DNA of 64,000 nucleotides from Tubiluchus corallicola. Lineage: Eukaryota > Animalia > Priapulida. Positions 1-12,313 of this stretch are shown here, piece by piece (positions within the stretch are counted from its first letter, which is position 1; every line of letters begins with the position of its first letter). Location: NCBI GenBank assembly GCA_030141605.1, contig JAQGDQ010000974.1, positions 1 through 64,000 of the forward strand, given 5' to 3'. A model generated the notes under the pieces. That model did no database searches. It saw only the letters and a program-made list of their open reading frames with translations, and was not told the origin of the DNA. The translations under genes and the position numbers were made by a program.

Positions 1-398
1 AATGAGCAATACTGCGCCAGTGATATGACTCAAATTGTAACATTAAATTTAAGATCACATATCTATACGCGTTTCTTGGATGAAATGAGCAATACTGCGC
101 CAGTGATATGACTCACATTGTAACATTAAATTTAAGATCACATATCTATACGCGTTTCTTGGACGAAATGAGCAATACTGTGCCAGTGATATGACTCACA
201 TTGTAACATTAAATTTCGGATCACATATCTATACACGTTTCTTGGATGAAATGAGCAATACTGCGCCAGTGATATGACTCAAATTGTAACATTAAATTTA
301 AGATCACATATCTATACGCGTTTCTTGGATGAAATGAACAATACTGCGCCAGTGATATGACTCAAATTGTAACATTAAATCGAAGATCACATATCTAT
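1..398. repeat. Tandem repeat, 83-bp unit, ~4.8 copies (runs off the left edge)
   Basis: AATGAGCAATACTGCGCCAGTGATATGACTC recurs at 1, 84, 167, 250 and 333 with few substitutions. Confidence 0.95.
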
Positions 399-454
399 GG
401 GTTTATTGCACTCCTTGGCAGTAACGTTTCATGCTTCTAACAAATAAAGAACTA

Positions 455-848
455 CAGTCAACCTTGAATATAAACGACACCTCGGGACGGGGAAAAACCG
501 TCCCTTATATCTGATGTCCCTTATAGCCGAAGTTGAGTCAGACCGAGGGTGCATCTAGACCTGTACTTTTACCCATATTTTTATGGATTATTGCTACACA
601 TTCAGTGGAAACGGTATGTAAGAAGCTCCCTCAGTGATGCGAGATGTATGTGAGCGCGGAAACCGAGCTGTTCGAAGGCCGAGTTTGCGAAAATTGAGGT
701 TAAAATCGATCAATTTCACTTTGATCATAGGGTCCCTTATATGCGAGGTAATTTACCTGGGTTTCTATTACGTGGGACCTGAAGATATCGTCCCTTATAA
801 CCAAAAGTCCCTTATATCCGAGTACCTTATATACGAAGATTTTTACAT
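455..848. mobile_element. Degenerate Tc1/mariner (pogo-like) MITE
   Basis: Starts TA|CAGTCAACCTTG and has repeated subterminal CCCTTATAT motifs at both ends. A related end (GTCCCTTATATCCAAGGTTGACTG|TA) lies at ~52870-52920. Confidence 0.55.
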
Positions 849-1564
849 AAGTAACATATGTACAAGTAACAAATTTGTAAATGCTATTTTCAAACAAACG
901 CTCAAATCTCACTGTGGTATTGGAATTTAATTTTTATCAAAAATGAGGGAATGTTCAACGTATTGGTATGGAAAATACAGACTTTTAAGACTATCGCTTG
1001 TGTTCATAATTAAATAGTTTTACAAGCTATTTAGTTAATGTTATGTGTTAACTTTATACATGTTTAAAAAATATAAAACAGTTATTTGTTTTGCCAAATG
1101 TATAAAACGATGGTATGATATTTTGTAAATAGAAATAGCAACGTATCAATTTAAATGATATTTTAACCCAATGCGCCTTCAAATTGTTACCACAATTTAT
1201 TCGTTGTTAAAATTCTTAACTGAGAGCAGATTCAAATATTTGAAAGGTTTTCAAAGTAAAACTGAAAGGATAAACTAAAAAAAACATTTCTGAAGATTTA
1301 TAAAGAAATAGTGTGTTTAGAGAATTTAGAATTTTTAGAATTTATTGCTAGATTTACCATGAGCATACAATGAAAATTTTTACAGAAAGCATTAAATTAA
1401 CACAAATTTCACAAAGAAAACAACATTAATATATAATTCTTATTGAGACTACTGATATACCTCTGGACAACACCAGGAAGAAGATCTTGTGTTGGTGCTG
1501 CCCAGATTAATGGTAAATTTGAAATTTCGAGAAATAAAACAAAAGTGCATTAAATGATCTCATT

Positions 1565-1632
1565 CACACTCATTCACTCTCACACACATACACACGCACA
1601 CACACACACACACACCCTCACACACTCACTCA

Positions 1633-1681
<49 letters not shown>

Positions 1682-1697
1682 ATGCACACACACACAC
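1565..1697. repeat. (CA)n/(CACT)n microsatellite
   Basis: Seen directly. Confidence 0.95.
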
Positions 1698-2599
1698 TTT
1701 CTTCTAGAATGAGGACATGGTGCAAAAGGTAGAAATTCAGCATGTTGATGAGGAATACATGAATGACACATGTTAGTACGATGATGTTATGACGACAATT
1801 AAGTCATGATAATACTTCCAAAGCATAAATATAGCCAAAATAAGAATAAAATAAAAAGAGGCACAATTGATTGTCAATTATATTATATAGTTTCATAAGG
1901 TGAATTGACAGGTGTGAGTATTTGCATGTACATGCTGTAAGTAATGTTGGTATATACATTATACATCCACACATTCAACGTGACATTCGGAATATGTGGC
2001 AAATATGTATGATTTGAGATTTTTCTTTAGTTTATGAATTGACACAGAAGTTTTGATGTATTCAGGTAATTTATTCCAAGTTATAGGGCCATTAGTGGAA
2101 ATAAAGTGTTTACCAACATTAGTTCTTGAAATTTAATAGTGTATTCGATGTACCTGGTGTTATTCAGTTTTATATTAAGTTTAGCTCGATTATTGAAAAA
2201 GTTTGGAAATAACTTGAAATGAGTCTTATGTATATATATATATATACAGGTACAGTAATACAACAGATCTTCTAACCTAAAAATTTTACTATCAAGGTAA
2301 TGAGCTTTAGTGACTGTTATACGTTTAGGTAATTTATGAACAATACGAGGAAAAATTCTTTGCAGTCTTTGAAATTTGTTAAATTTGTCTTTGAAGTTTT
2401 AACAAATTTCAAAGACTACAAAGAAAATTTCTTCGTATTTCTGTGTACCCAATGTGAGGGCCTTCAGTCATGTCTTGGCTAACAGAATGCTCACAGGTAT
2501 CCCAGACAGCCTAGGCACTGCTGAGAAGTTAAAGGTAGAGTGAAATGGTACAAGCAATTCAAGCATGATATAATAATTAGATCTTCAAACCTTAAAAAG

Positions 2600-3960
2600 T
2601 AAAATTATCCAATAAAATGGCAGAATATCTTGAAGAATGCAATCAGTAAGAAAAGAACCAACATCTAGTGATACTGTACCTTGATCAGCACAAAATCCTA
2701 GTTACTGTAAATTTTCTTACAAATGTTTACACAAAACAAGCCATCTTACTTGCGTTATAGACTCAACCTGTATAAGCCTATATAACTGTATGAAAGTGGG
2801 ACAAAATTCTGTTTATTATACGGTTATAATATAGAAGCAGAAAATGCAGAATATAAAAGCTACCAGTGAAATCAATCTCAACTGCACAGGTTACTGAAAT
2901 CTTTGACAATATCCAAGTACACTATCTTTACGGAAGCCATCTTTTGTAAAGAGCAGAAAGAAAGAATTTTATCAAAGTAAATACACGTGGAAAAAACTAT
3001 GCGCTCATACTGATATCTGGCTGTTCACGAAAATCGTCAAAGACTAACATTCACTCTGGTACCGAATTAAGAAATGTTTGTACATGTGTTTTCCTTTATC
3101 ATTTTTAAAGAATCGAGGAAATGACCAGTTTAAAGTGGTTCATTAATGATATAACAAACAGGGTTTGCTATTACTTTAAAGGAAGACCAGACGATTGTTT
3201 AGATTCAATCTGATTTTAATTTACTGTCCAAAATATACATTTTCTTGCTTATAAAAGTTAACAATTGTTCCTTATATTTGAATAATTAGCTTAGAAGGTT
3301 AATTAACGACAACCGAACACAGCTATTGCTTACATCAGAAACTAACCACAGTTTGTACAATGGCAGGCGTCTTTCCTTGACGCATCAAACACATTTGCAT
3401 AAGTGTTATAGTACTGTTTAAATGCATGATGTCACGAAAAATGGGCTCCACATCATATGACGTCAGAAACTAACACTGCAGTTCATGATCATGCTTATCA
3501 CGGTACCGTCTTCTATTTGTCGACCACGCGAATGTGACAAAAAGACACCGCTGCCAATCTTAGTAGATTCACTGAGTCGCGCGTAGCTTTGAAAGTTTAA
3601 CGAAATTTGAGTATCCAAGATAATTATTATTTAATCTAAACTTTGATTTAAAAAAAGTTATTGTAGATTTCAATATTTTAGAACATTCTTTATTCTCAAC
3701 TAATGTTTACACAATCATCTGGTTTTCCTTTAAAGATTTTAAGAATTTTGGAGAAATATCATCATTCCCACAGCTAGTTTCAGACCTCTCAAGAAGGTAG
3801 TCAATGGTCTTTACTAATCTTCATTAGCAGGTTTAAAAAATATGGATACAGTTCTTCCTGGCAGTTTGTGCAGAAATTGCAAATAACCTTTATCAGGAAA
3901 ATATAGGGCGCCTACATACTGATGGCCAGTGTACAAACACTTAGATGATAACAAGAGAAC
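2600..3960 (-). mobile_element. Degenerate non-LTR retrotransposon (LINE) ORF2/RT relic, split by a MITE
   Basis: Minus-strand fragments SIFFKPANED..ETSCGNDDISPKFLK / KVIANPVCYIINEPL*TGHFLDSLK / IVYLDIVKDF match the LINE pre-RT and RT pattern K.S.G.D.I...LK, PL..IIN.SL.TG.FP..LK, VYLD..KAFD. Many stops and frameshifts; the ends are approximate. Confidence 0.65.
3180..3729 (+). mobile_element. Non-autonomous DNA transposon (Kolobok-like MITE), copy 1
   Basis: TTAA at 3176-3179 and 3730-3733. ~23-bp TIR: AGGAAGACCAGACGATTGT...ACAATCATCTGGTTTTCCT. Four more copies lie in the window. Confidence 0.85.
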
Positions 3961-4251
3961 AGCTTGTCCTGTTGCCTTCAGAAGTATACTCACTCATATA
4001 CACACTCATACTCATACATACAAATATACATACTCATTCAGTCCACAGACACAGAAAACAAAGATACGTCAGACTAGAGTTGCTGGGTTCTGGTCCTTTA
4101 GCTCTGGGGCAATGAGTGAGCATAGATAAGAACATTGGACGACATATTAACACACAGTTACATTTACCTACGAGGTTTACTCACTTTATTGTTTGACATC
4201 GGGTAGATTCAGTCAATGCGGCACTTGGCACTAATTGCAAACGAGGTCACA

Positions 4252-4685
4252 TGTGTGAAGTTTGTAATGCAAGAGCAATGCATGTGATGTATATGTGCCT
4301 GTCGTAGACTTAAAATGCCATATGAAACACACACACACCCGATGGCGTGCGGCACGTTTGTAAGTTGTGTGTGAAGTTTGTAATGCAAGAGCAATGCATG
4401 TGATGTATGTGTGCCTGTCATAGACTTAAAATGTCATGTGACACACACTCGATGGCGTGCGGCACGTTTGTAAGTTATGTGTGAAGTTTGTAATGCAAGA
4501 GCAATGCATGTGATGTATGTGTGCCTGTCAAACACTTAAAATGCCACACACATCTGATGGCGTGCGGCATGTTTGTAAGTTGTGTATGAAGTTTGTAATG
4601 CAAGAGCAATGCATGTGATGTATGTGTGCCTGTCAAACACTTAAAATGCCATGTGACACACACACCTGCTGGCGTGCGGCACGTC
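4252..4685. repeat. Tandem repeat, ~105-116-bp unit, 4 copies
   Basis: GAAGTTTGTAATGCAAGAGCAATGCATGTGATGTA recurs 4 times. Confidence 0.9.
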
Positions 4686-6442
4686 TGCAATGCTGTCTAG
4701 TAAACTGCTTGGAACTGATGTAGTCAATCTTCAGATCTTTTACTAATGTTGTTCCACTGTATCTTTTATCACTGTTTTTACATGGTGAGTTCATAGTGCT
4801 TTCAATATCTCTCTTCATTGGTTCTGAAAGATTGCTAGTTGAGTTACTCATTTTTACCCTGGATTTTTCTAGAAGCAAGACAGCTGTTATCAACCCAATT
4901 CTTCTTTATGCTTCTTATCCACGTGATTTTTAAACCAGATAATTATTTTCCTGTTAATTACAACCTCACTTGGTTTAAGAAGAGCATTATCAGATGCCAC
5001 ACTTTCCTAGCAAATTAAGTTATCAAAATTCGAATACTCTGGTCCAAAATTCATAATTTCCTTTACAAATCTAGTGGTCATTTTCCTGGTTTTGGATGGT
5101 CTATATAAAAAGATTTGTATTGTACCGTCTACAAAAACAAAGTTGGTTTTCTGAGATATAAGGGTTATTATCACATTTCGTTCAATTTGCTGTTTAGCCA
5201 ACAACAAATTAGCAATAAGTTTTGTTGCATTTTGCTACTGCTAAATTGTTAAAATTGCTAACTTCACTGCTTAACCAATCTTGCTTGAATGCCACTACTG
5301 AACTTAATGCACAGAACAGGACAAATATATACATGTACCCAGGCTTACAAAACTGGTGACACTGATACCAGCAGTCTAATAGGTTTATAAAGTGTGAATA
5401 TACAGGGTGTTTGAACAAATAACAAAGCATACAGATGAACTAAACATTAATCAATTCTTTAGTCAAATTAGATGATGATGAATGTGTGAAACTAACTATT
5501 GCACTAGTAGGCTTTTCGCTACCTTCTTCAAGGACCTCAAGATGTTCAAAAACCAATGCAACATGTCGTCGAAGACGGGCATTTTGCATTGAGAAGTCCT
5601 TCACAGCCCAGTGAGGAAGGACGGCACCTTATTGAAAAACTGCATTGTTAATAACAAGGGAATAGTGTGGTCCATACGATGCTCTGAACTTTAGTTGGTG
5701 ATCAAAGAACCTCATGCCAGGCTGATTTTGCATCTTATTTCTAACTTTACTGCCATCAACATAGCAACAGGGTTCCAGTCACAGAATATTTTCTGTTTAT
5801 TTATTCCAAGAGCCAGTAATACAGAGGTGGTATATCTCATACAATATTACGTCTTATACATTATGTGTATATAATATCTTATACATTATACAATATATAA
5901 ATAGCATGGGGATAATTTTAAATAAGATATAGTCTAACAACTAATTGTGATCGCCAAATAATTGTCGGCTCACATGAGAAGGTAAACTTGTAAGATGTGA
6001 GCCGGGCAGTGGCTCAAATTAATAAAAAGAATTGCCCAGGGTCCCCTTTTGATTTATGTAACAGCTTGCTGAGACAGGAGAAAAATTTAAAAAGAAAATT
6101 ACAAATCATAGTGCATAGTGACTTTTGAGTCACACTATACTTATCGATAATGGATAATCTCCAGTCCCGCCTGCGAATGCGAACTCACTCTACCGTATTG
6201 ATAAAAAATTACAGATAGTTTATGGTAAGGTATGCATACCTTATTTTAGGATTTAGATACATAACTGTTCACCTTTCAGTCTCAGCTTTCAGTCTTTCAC
6301 CATGATGTTTTCTTGGAAGACTGCATCAGAGTATCTTGTTATTTTACAACCTACTAATTAATTATACTGTGTTTTATTACTGAGTGAACATCTAACACCA
6401 ATGTATTCGAGAATGATTCAATAATTATCTCGTTTTACTTAC

Positions 6443-6499
6443 ATCTTCAAAAAGTGATCCAACATTAGCAGAAATAAGTAGAAACGGCATTGAATCCAT
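6443..6499 (-). CDS. INPP5A: Type I inositol 1,4,5-trisphosphate 5-phosphatase, first coding exon (downstream exons not identified in the window)
   Basis: ATG at 6499 reads MDSMPFLLISANVGSLFED, followed by a GTAAGT donor. This matches the INPP5A N-terminal motif LLVTANVGSLFDD. Too short for the ORF track. Confidence 0.8.
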
Positions 6500-6944
6500 T
6501 TTAGTCAAAAGCGGACGTAGGCCTAACTTCTCCTTCTCAACACTAAACTTCTATGTCCTTTGACATCAATCACAGCCCTAACAATTTAGGCTGTCAAAAC
6601 TTCTCTTCTAATGAGTTAATTTTACTCAAGCGCTAATAACCTATGCGAACGTCGGCTTGAGAAATTCACAATAAACTACATCAGCCTGTAAGCATAAGCT
6701 AAGCATCACACATGTACACACAAACGTCGGCCAGTATTGGAATGAGTGAATTTGTGCAACAACTACTGTAACAGGTCCACAGGATAGCGAGTGCTTCCAC
6801 CTACGAACTGTAGAAGAAATCAATCTAGATGGGTACCACACATATTTGTAGTTTGCCAATCTAAGACTAATTTCTACACGTGTGCCGTTTAACAACGAGT
6901 TTTTGTAAAAACATAACAATTTAATGCTTTCATAAGCTAGTAAA
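6500..6944. promoter_or_regulatory. Putative bidirectional promoter INPP5A/HDDC3
   Basis: Only 445 bp separate the divergent start codons (6499 on -, 6945 on +). Confidence 0.6.
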
Positions 6945-9900
6945 ATGGCAAACTGTGAATTAAAGCAAGAATCTGACCTAGTTAAAGTAAGCCCAGGTGA
7001 CAGTTTGCACAATCTAACGAAAGCCATAATCAAGTGTACAAATTTTGCAGCAGTAAGGCACCGCGATCAAAGGCGCAAAGATGTGATTAAGACACCTTAC
7101 ATAAATCATCCAATTGGTGAGCAGTTTGAGAACGTTGCAATTTTTACGTATATTTAAAAATGTTCTTAAATAGATGTAATATTAACCTCTTGTACATACA
7201 ATTAATGCTCAACATATATTAGGAAACTCAACAACAACAGGAAATTAAATATTTATTTTTTCCTACCATTTAAATTTCTATTGATTCATTGTTTTTCTAA
7301 ACTAAAGACAGATAAGTCAATTAGTCATTACAAATGTACAACATTATCTGAAAGTCCATCATTGTGTACTAAGAGGTGTGGTGTAACAGGGTACATGTAA
7401 AATGATATGGCTGTAAATTTCTCATAAAGAGCAATGATCTCATGGGTGCTCATCCTTTTGTCCTGTCTCTCTTCATTATTATCTCTCTTTATTGTGTCGC
7501 TCTCATTATTACCCCTCATTATTAACAAGTTCATTCTCACTTCTCATCACTTCAGAGCTTCTATTCTAAGTCTCAGGTTCTGAGGATTCTGCAACACATC
7601 ACATATTATGACCCATGTAGAATCAATAGGCTTCAGTAAAATTTTCTCTGTTACACTTCATATATATATATGTATATATATTTATATACATATATATATA
7701 TGTTTATATACATATATATTTATTTATATATACAGTAAGTCCTCGCTTACCGATGCTAGTGTGATCGTGCAAAACATGGCGTTAAGCAAAACAGCGTTAA
7801 ACAAAACCAAAACTTCCATAGAAAGAAATGTAAAAGAATTGAGATACATTCCAGAGAAAACAGTCAATACTGCTTAAATCATATAAGTTACACATTTTGT
7901 GAGTTGTATTCATATTTCTATTGATTAATGTTTTTCTTATTGCCAGAAGCCAACTATAAATTTTACTTACCAATATCTATATCTATAGCAGTTTCTCTTT
8001 CATTAACATTTAAAGCTAGGTTGCGGTTAAACAATAAATACTGCAGAGCCAAAACTAAGTTCTATTGGGAATTTTATCTAAATACTTGCTATAGCAACAG
8101 GTTGCAGGCAAAATTCCTTGCATAAAGTTTGTTCATTGGTCATTTGATAGTTGACACAAACCGCTAGTAGTAGTAGCATCAGTAGTCAGTGGGGAAGCAA
8201 AGACATGTATAATAATTGCACTGTTTATGTTACTAGTGAGTTTTTAAAACAGAATACGCAATATGTACTGTTTTAGTGCTTTAAATTAGGTAAAAGTGTT
8301 GTTGACAATGTAAAATGTGTCATGAAGTGAAAAAGGTCTCAAATGATCAATGTCGTTAAAACAAAACATCCGTAAACAGGGAATCGTACATATGATTTGC
8401 TTGCTATACTCGAGTCTTGCTAAACCGAGGTCACTTGTCTGAGTGTATGTGCTCCCTTGCTCAGTGTTATTACATGATTCAACTGTCATTAACCTTAGGT
8501 GAATCTAATTTGATTGCTAGCAATTCTGCAACATCATATTTAATGGTGTCCCTTGCTCAGTGTTATTACATGATTCAACTATCATTAACCTTAGGTGAAT
8601 CTAATTTGATTGCTAGCAATTCTGCAACATCATATTTAATTGTGTCTCTTGCTCAGTGTTATTACATGATTCAATTGTCATTAACCTTAGGTGAATCTAA
8701 CTTGATTGCTAGCAATTCTGCAACATCATATTTAATGGTGTCCCTTGCTCAGTGTTATTACGTGATTCAATTGTCATTAACCTCAGGTGAATCTAAGTTG
8801 ATTGCTAGCAATTCTGCAACATCATATTTAATGGTGTCCCTTGCTCAGTGTTATTACGTGATTCAATTGTCATTTTGCAGGTGTCGCTTTTATTCTTTGT
8901 AATGAAGCTGATATCACCGACCTATCTGTTGTTCAGGTAACCAACAGTACTTTTCCATAAATTACAGCAAAGGCGAGACACCAACTTATGATATTCACTG
9001 AATTTTGCACATGTATAATTTTTTCGATTCCAAAACTTTCTGTCCTGATTTCACAGAGGCCTCACTTGTACTGCTGTCGAAAAAGAAAAGAAAGCATGAG
9101 AGAATGAACTTACGACATGTATTGGAAAATTTTGTTTAGTGTTTAGGTGAGAATTTTGTCCTTTAATTCCTTTTATCCCTTTTTTCCAGTATGCTTCAAC
9201 CAATCACTTGCATGGTCACAACTTTGAAAACTGTTTACGTCTTTCTCGAGATTAAACATATCAAAATTTTCATTTCCTAACAGAGTTGTAAACATTTGGA
9301 ATGTTCTGGATTCTCATGTAGTACTTGCTACCAGTTTGTCAGTTTTCACTAAAAGATTAGCTAATGTTAATTTACTGCCCTATTGCAACTTTATTCGAAA
9401 CATGTAACATTGTCATTGGCGTAATTGGCTCTCTCCAAATCGTATTATTGTATAAAGCGTGTTGTATATAGTATATAATTCATATTTACGTACATTTAAT
9501 TTTTTTAAGTTGATTTATTTCCACACTGCATCTTACAGTTGTGATAAAAATACAGATAATTTTCCACTGAAGTACATATAAATATAAATTCAATATAATC
9601 CAGAAATTACAAAAGACAGTCTTATGCAGCATATACATGTGCAAATTACATTACAGAATAATTTTGATGCATACAGTTTGAGCCTAAAAGCATAGCTTGA
9701 CAGGCCAAGCTGTATGTGGAAATCTTAAAGAAAGAATTAATAATTGAGATAATGATATTATAATAATTATATACATAAATGTGGGGGGAGTAGTGAATGA
9801 AAGATGAAATGGAGTGAGAACTAAGAAAAACTGTGATCATGATTATAAAGTGTTCAGTAATTAGGAGCTTTTTAATGAGAGATATTTAATTTTACGGAAT

Positions 9901-10420
9901 TGCTTCTATAAATTTATATTTGTGCGACTTTTTATGTCTTATAGGATCAGCGTAAGTGCACCTGCACCTGCTGATTCTTTCTTTTATACAGTTTTAAGAT
10001 ATGTATAAATGTCAAATAAACTATGCTAAACAAAAACTGATCTGTATTTTCTTTTAGGCAGCTTTGCTTCATGACACAGTCGAAGACACTGCCACAACGC
10101 TAGATGAAATAGAAGAACACTTTGGCAGAAAAGTTCGCACAATTGTCGACGAAGTGTCCGATGACAAGTCGTTGCACTGGCAGCGACGTAAGCAACTCCA
10201 AATCGAGCATGCACCACATTTGAGTAGAGAGGCCAAGCTGGTTAAACTTGCTGATAAGCTATACAATCTGAGGGACTTGCAATGTTCTCCACCTGTGGGA
10301 TGGACCCAGACACGCATAGAAGAATATTATTACTGGGCAGAGCAAGTTGTTAATGGTCTTCGAGGCACAAACTCACAAATGGAAGACGAGTTGGACAAGA
10401 TCTTTCAAAGTAGGAAATAA
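6945..10420 (+). CDS. HDDC3: HD-domain (p)ppGpp/NADPH phosphatase MESH1, 3 exons, 196 aa
   Basis: Exons 6945-7116, 8881-8936 and 10058-10420 (GT-AG, phases 1 and 0) give [51 protein letters not shown]...[18 protein letters not shown], the MESH1 signature. Confidence 0.95.
7733..8390. mobile_element. Degenerate Tigger/pogo-like MITE in HDDC3 intron 1
   Basis: Begins TA|CAGTAAGTCCTCGCTTA next to an (AT)n tract. GCGTTAA/GTCGTTAAAACAAAAC subterminal motifs occur at both ends; the right end is eroded. Confidence 0.4.
8454..8873. repeat. Tandem repeat, 99-bp unit, ~4.3 copies, abutting the HDDC3 exon-2 acceptor
   Basis: CCCTTGCTCAGTGTTATTACATGATTCAA recurs with a 99-bp period and produces the repetitive ORF 8417..8902. 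Confidence 0.93.
9200..9410 (+). mobile_element. CR1-type LINE 3' fragment
   Basis: Translates [31 protein letters not shown], the CR1 ORF2 C-terminal motif (F..RVV..WN.LP..VV.A.S...FK.RL). Confidence 0.7.
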
Positions 10421-11509
10421 CTAGGCATTATTAAAATCTTCTGTTCTTGGAAGTGATTTTTACAATTGTTGCTATCATTGTTATATTATTTTTAGTAATT
10501 TTAGCATTTTTATTTTAAATTATTTAAAAATTTTGTCATTTTATTTGTTTACTGCAAAAAATGTCACTTAAGACCAAATTGAGGTGGTAAGATATTTACT
10601 TTGAAATTGGCATAATTGTCCGCCTGGCTTACAAGGTTAAATGTGCAATAAGTGTACTATAATGTAAGCAAAACTTGAAAGCAGAAACCAGTTTTTTCTC
10701 TTTCTTTACATATGCAATTGAATTAACACTTGACTTCGTATTGCTTAAATTGACGTTTCTGTTGCTGTTCTTTATGCAGGCATTGCTGGTTTATGTGGCT
10801 GACTTGCAAGTTGGGGGTTTCTATTATGATTGTTGTTATTATGTTATTAATATTATTATTCTGTTTTATTAGCAATGCTTTTTGTCAAGGTGGTATTCCA
10901 TTTAGGCATATTTATGTGGGACTTTATCCTTCACAAAAAATAGCACGGATTATGGTTTTGTTGTACTCAACAAAATTTAACGCACAATCAATTGATCATG
11001 TATTGTGTTTAAAGCATATTAGTGTTAATAAAATTGTGTGTTACGCTTTAAACTGTAATTAAATGTCACTTTTCAATAAAATGTTACATGTGTAATGTTT
11101 ACCATAATTATAGCCATGAAGCTATTGTGAATTTTTAGTTTAGCGAGATTGCTATGTGAGTAAAATAAACATTATTACCACACTTATTTTTGTCTTTTGT
11201 AAAAGTTGAAATTAAAACTGCTGATTTGGTTGATGCTTTGAAAGATAGTATCACTGAATGGTGGGCCATAGGTAGGGTGGTTCAATCAGTATTAATGAGT
11301 TTTTATAGAGTATTCTTATAGAGTGAAAATCACTTAGGTCAGTACAAAAGTAATAATGCTTTAATTTTTATAAATTACTTATCAGTATTAAATTTTCGGT
11401 ATTTTCGGTTTATTTTTGCACACAATTATACTTACACATCATAAAAGAAATGTGACAATTGACATGCAGTATTTGAGGATTATTATTACTATTGTTATCT
11501 ACCAGAAAT

Positions 11510-12313
11510 CAAATTAAAATTGAGATTGAATAATTTTTGAACCACCAACAAAAATTAGCCTTACAAATATCATGCATATTAAAATAAAAGACTGTTCTGC
11601 AGTAAACTACTAATAATTTGTTTAAAGGAAGACCGGACAATTGTTTAGACTCAATCTTATTTTAATTTACTGTCAAAGCATACATTTTCTTGCCTATAAA
11701 ATTTAGCAATTGTTCCTTATATTTGAATAATTAGCTTAGAAAGTCAATGAACGGCAACTGAACACAGCTATTGCTTATCTCAGAAACTAACCATAGTTTG
11801 TCCAATGGCAGGCGTCTTCCCTTGCGCGTCAAGCACATTTGCAAAGGTGTTACAGTACTACTTAAACACATGATGTCATGAAAAATGGGCTTTACATCGT
11901 ATGACGTAATGAAACTAACACAGCAGTCTTGATCATGGTTATTACGGTACCGCCTTCTATTTGTCGGCCACGCGCACGTGACACAAATGCGCCGCTGCAA
12001 GTTTAACGAAATTTGAGTATCCGAGGTAATTATTATTTAATCTAAGCTTTGAGTTAAAATAAGCTGTTGTAGTTTTCAATATTTTAGAGCATTCTGAACT
12101 AGTGTTTACACTATCATCCGGTTTTCCTTTAAAAATTGTACACAGAAATCATAGCTAAATTACGCTAATTGCATGATGGTTCAAACATTTTAATGACAAC
12201 GAACATATGTGGTTGAAGTGCTAAATTATTCGAATCTATAGTTTAGGTTCGAATGGAATTTGAACTAAAAAAACTCGGTTGAATCGAATTCGAACGTTCG
12301 ATGCTCACCCCTA
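11510..12313 (+). mobile_element. Partial hAT-like MITE (same family as 34082-34497), interrupted by Kolobok-like copy 2
   Basis: The sequence on both sides of the insertion aligns with 34190-34497 and ends GTTCGATGCTCACCCCTA. Confidence 0.75.
11626..12128 (+). mobile_element. Kolobok-like MITE copy 2 (small internal deletion)
   Basis: TTAA at 11622-11625 and 12129-12132; same TIRs and body as copy 1. Confidence 0.85.

Noticed and set aside
8417-8902. 161-aa repeat ORF
   Set aside because: A 99-bp intronic tandem repeat; the real HDDC3 exon 2 is in another frame.
6945-10420. Horizontally acquired bacterial SpoT-like ppGpp hydrolase
   Set aside because: Ordinary intron-containing metazoan MESH1/HDDC3.
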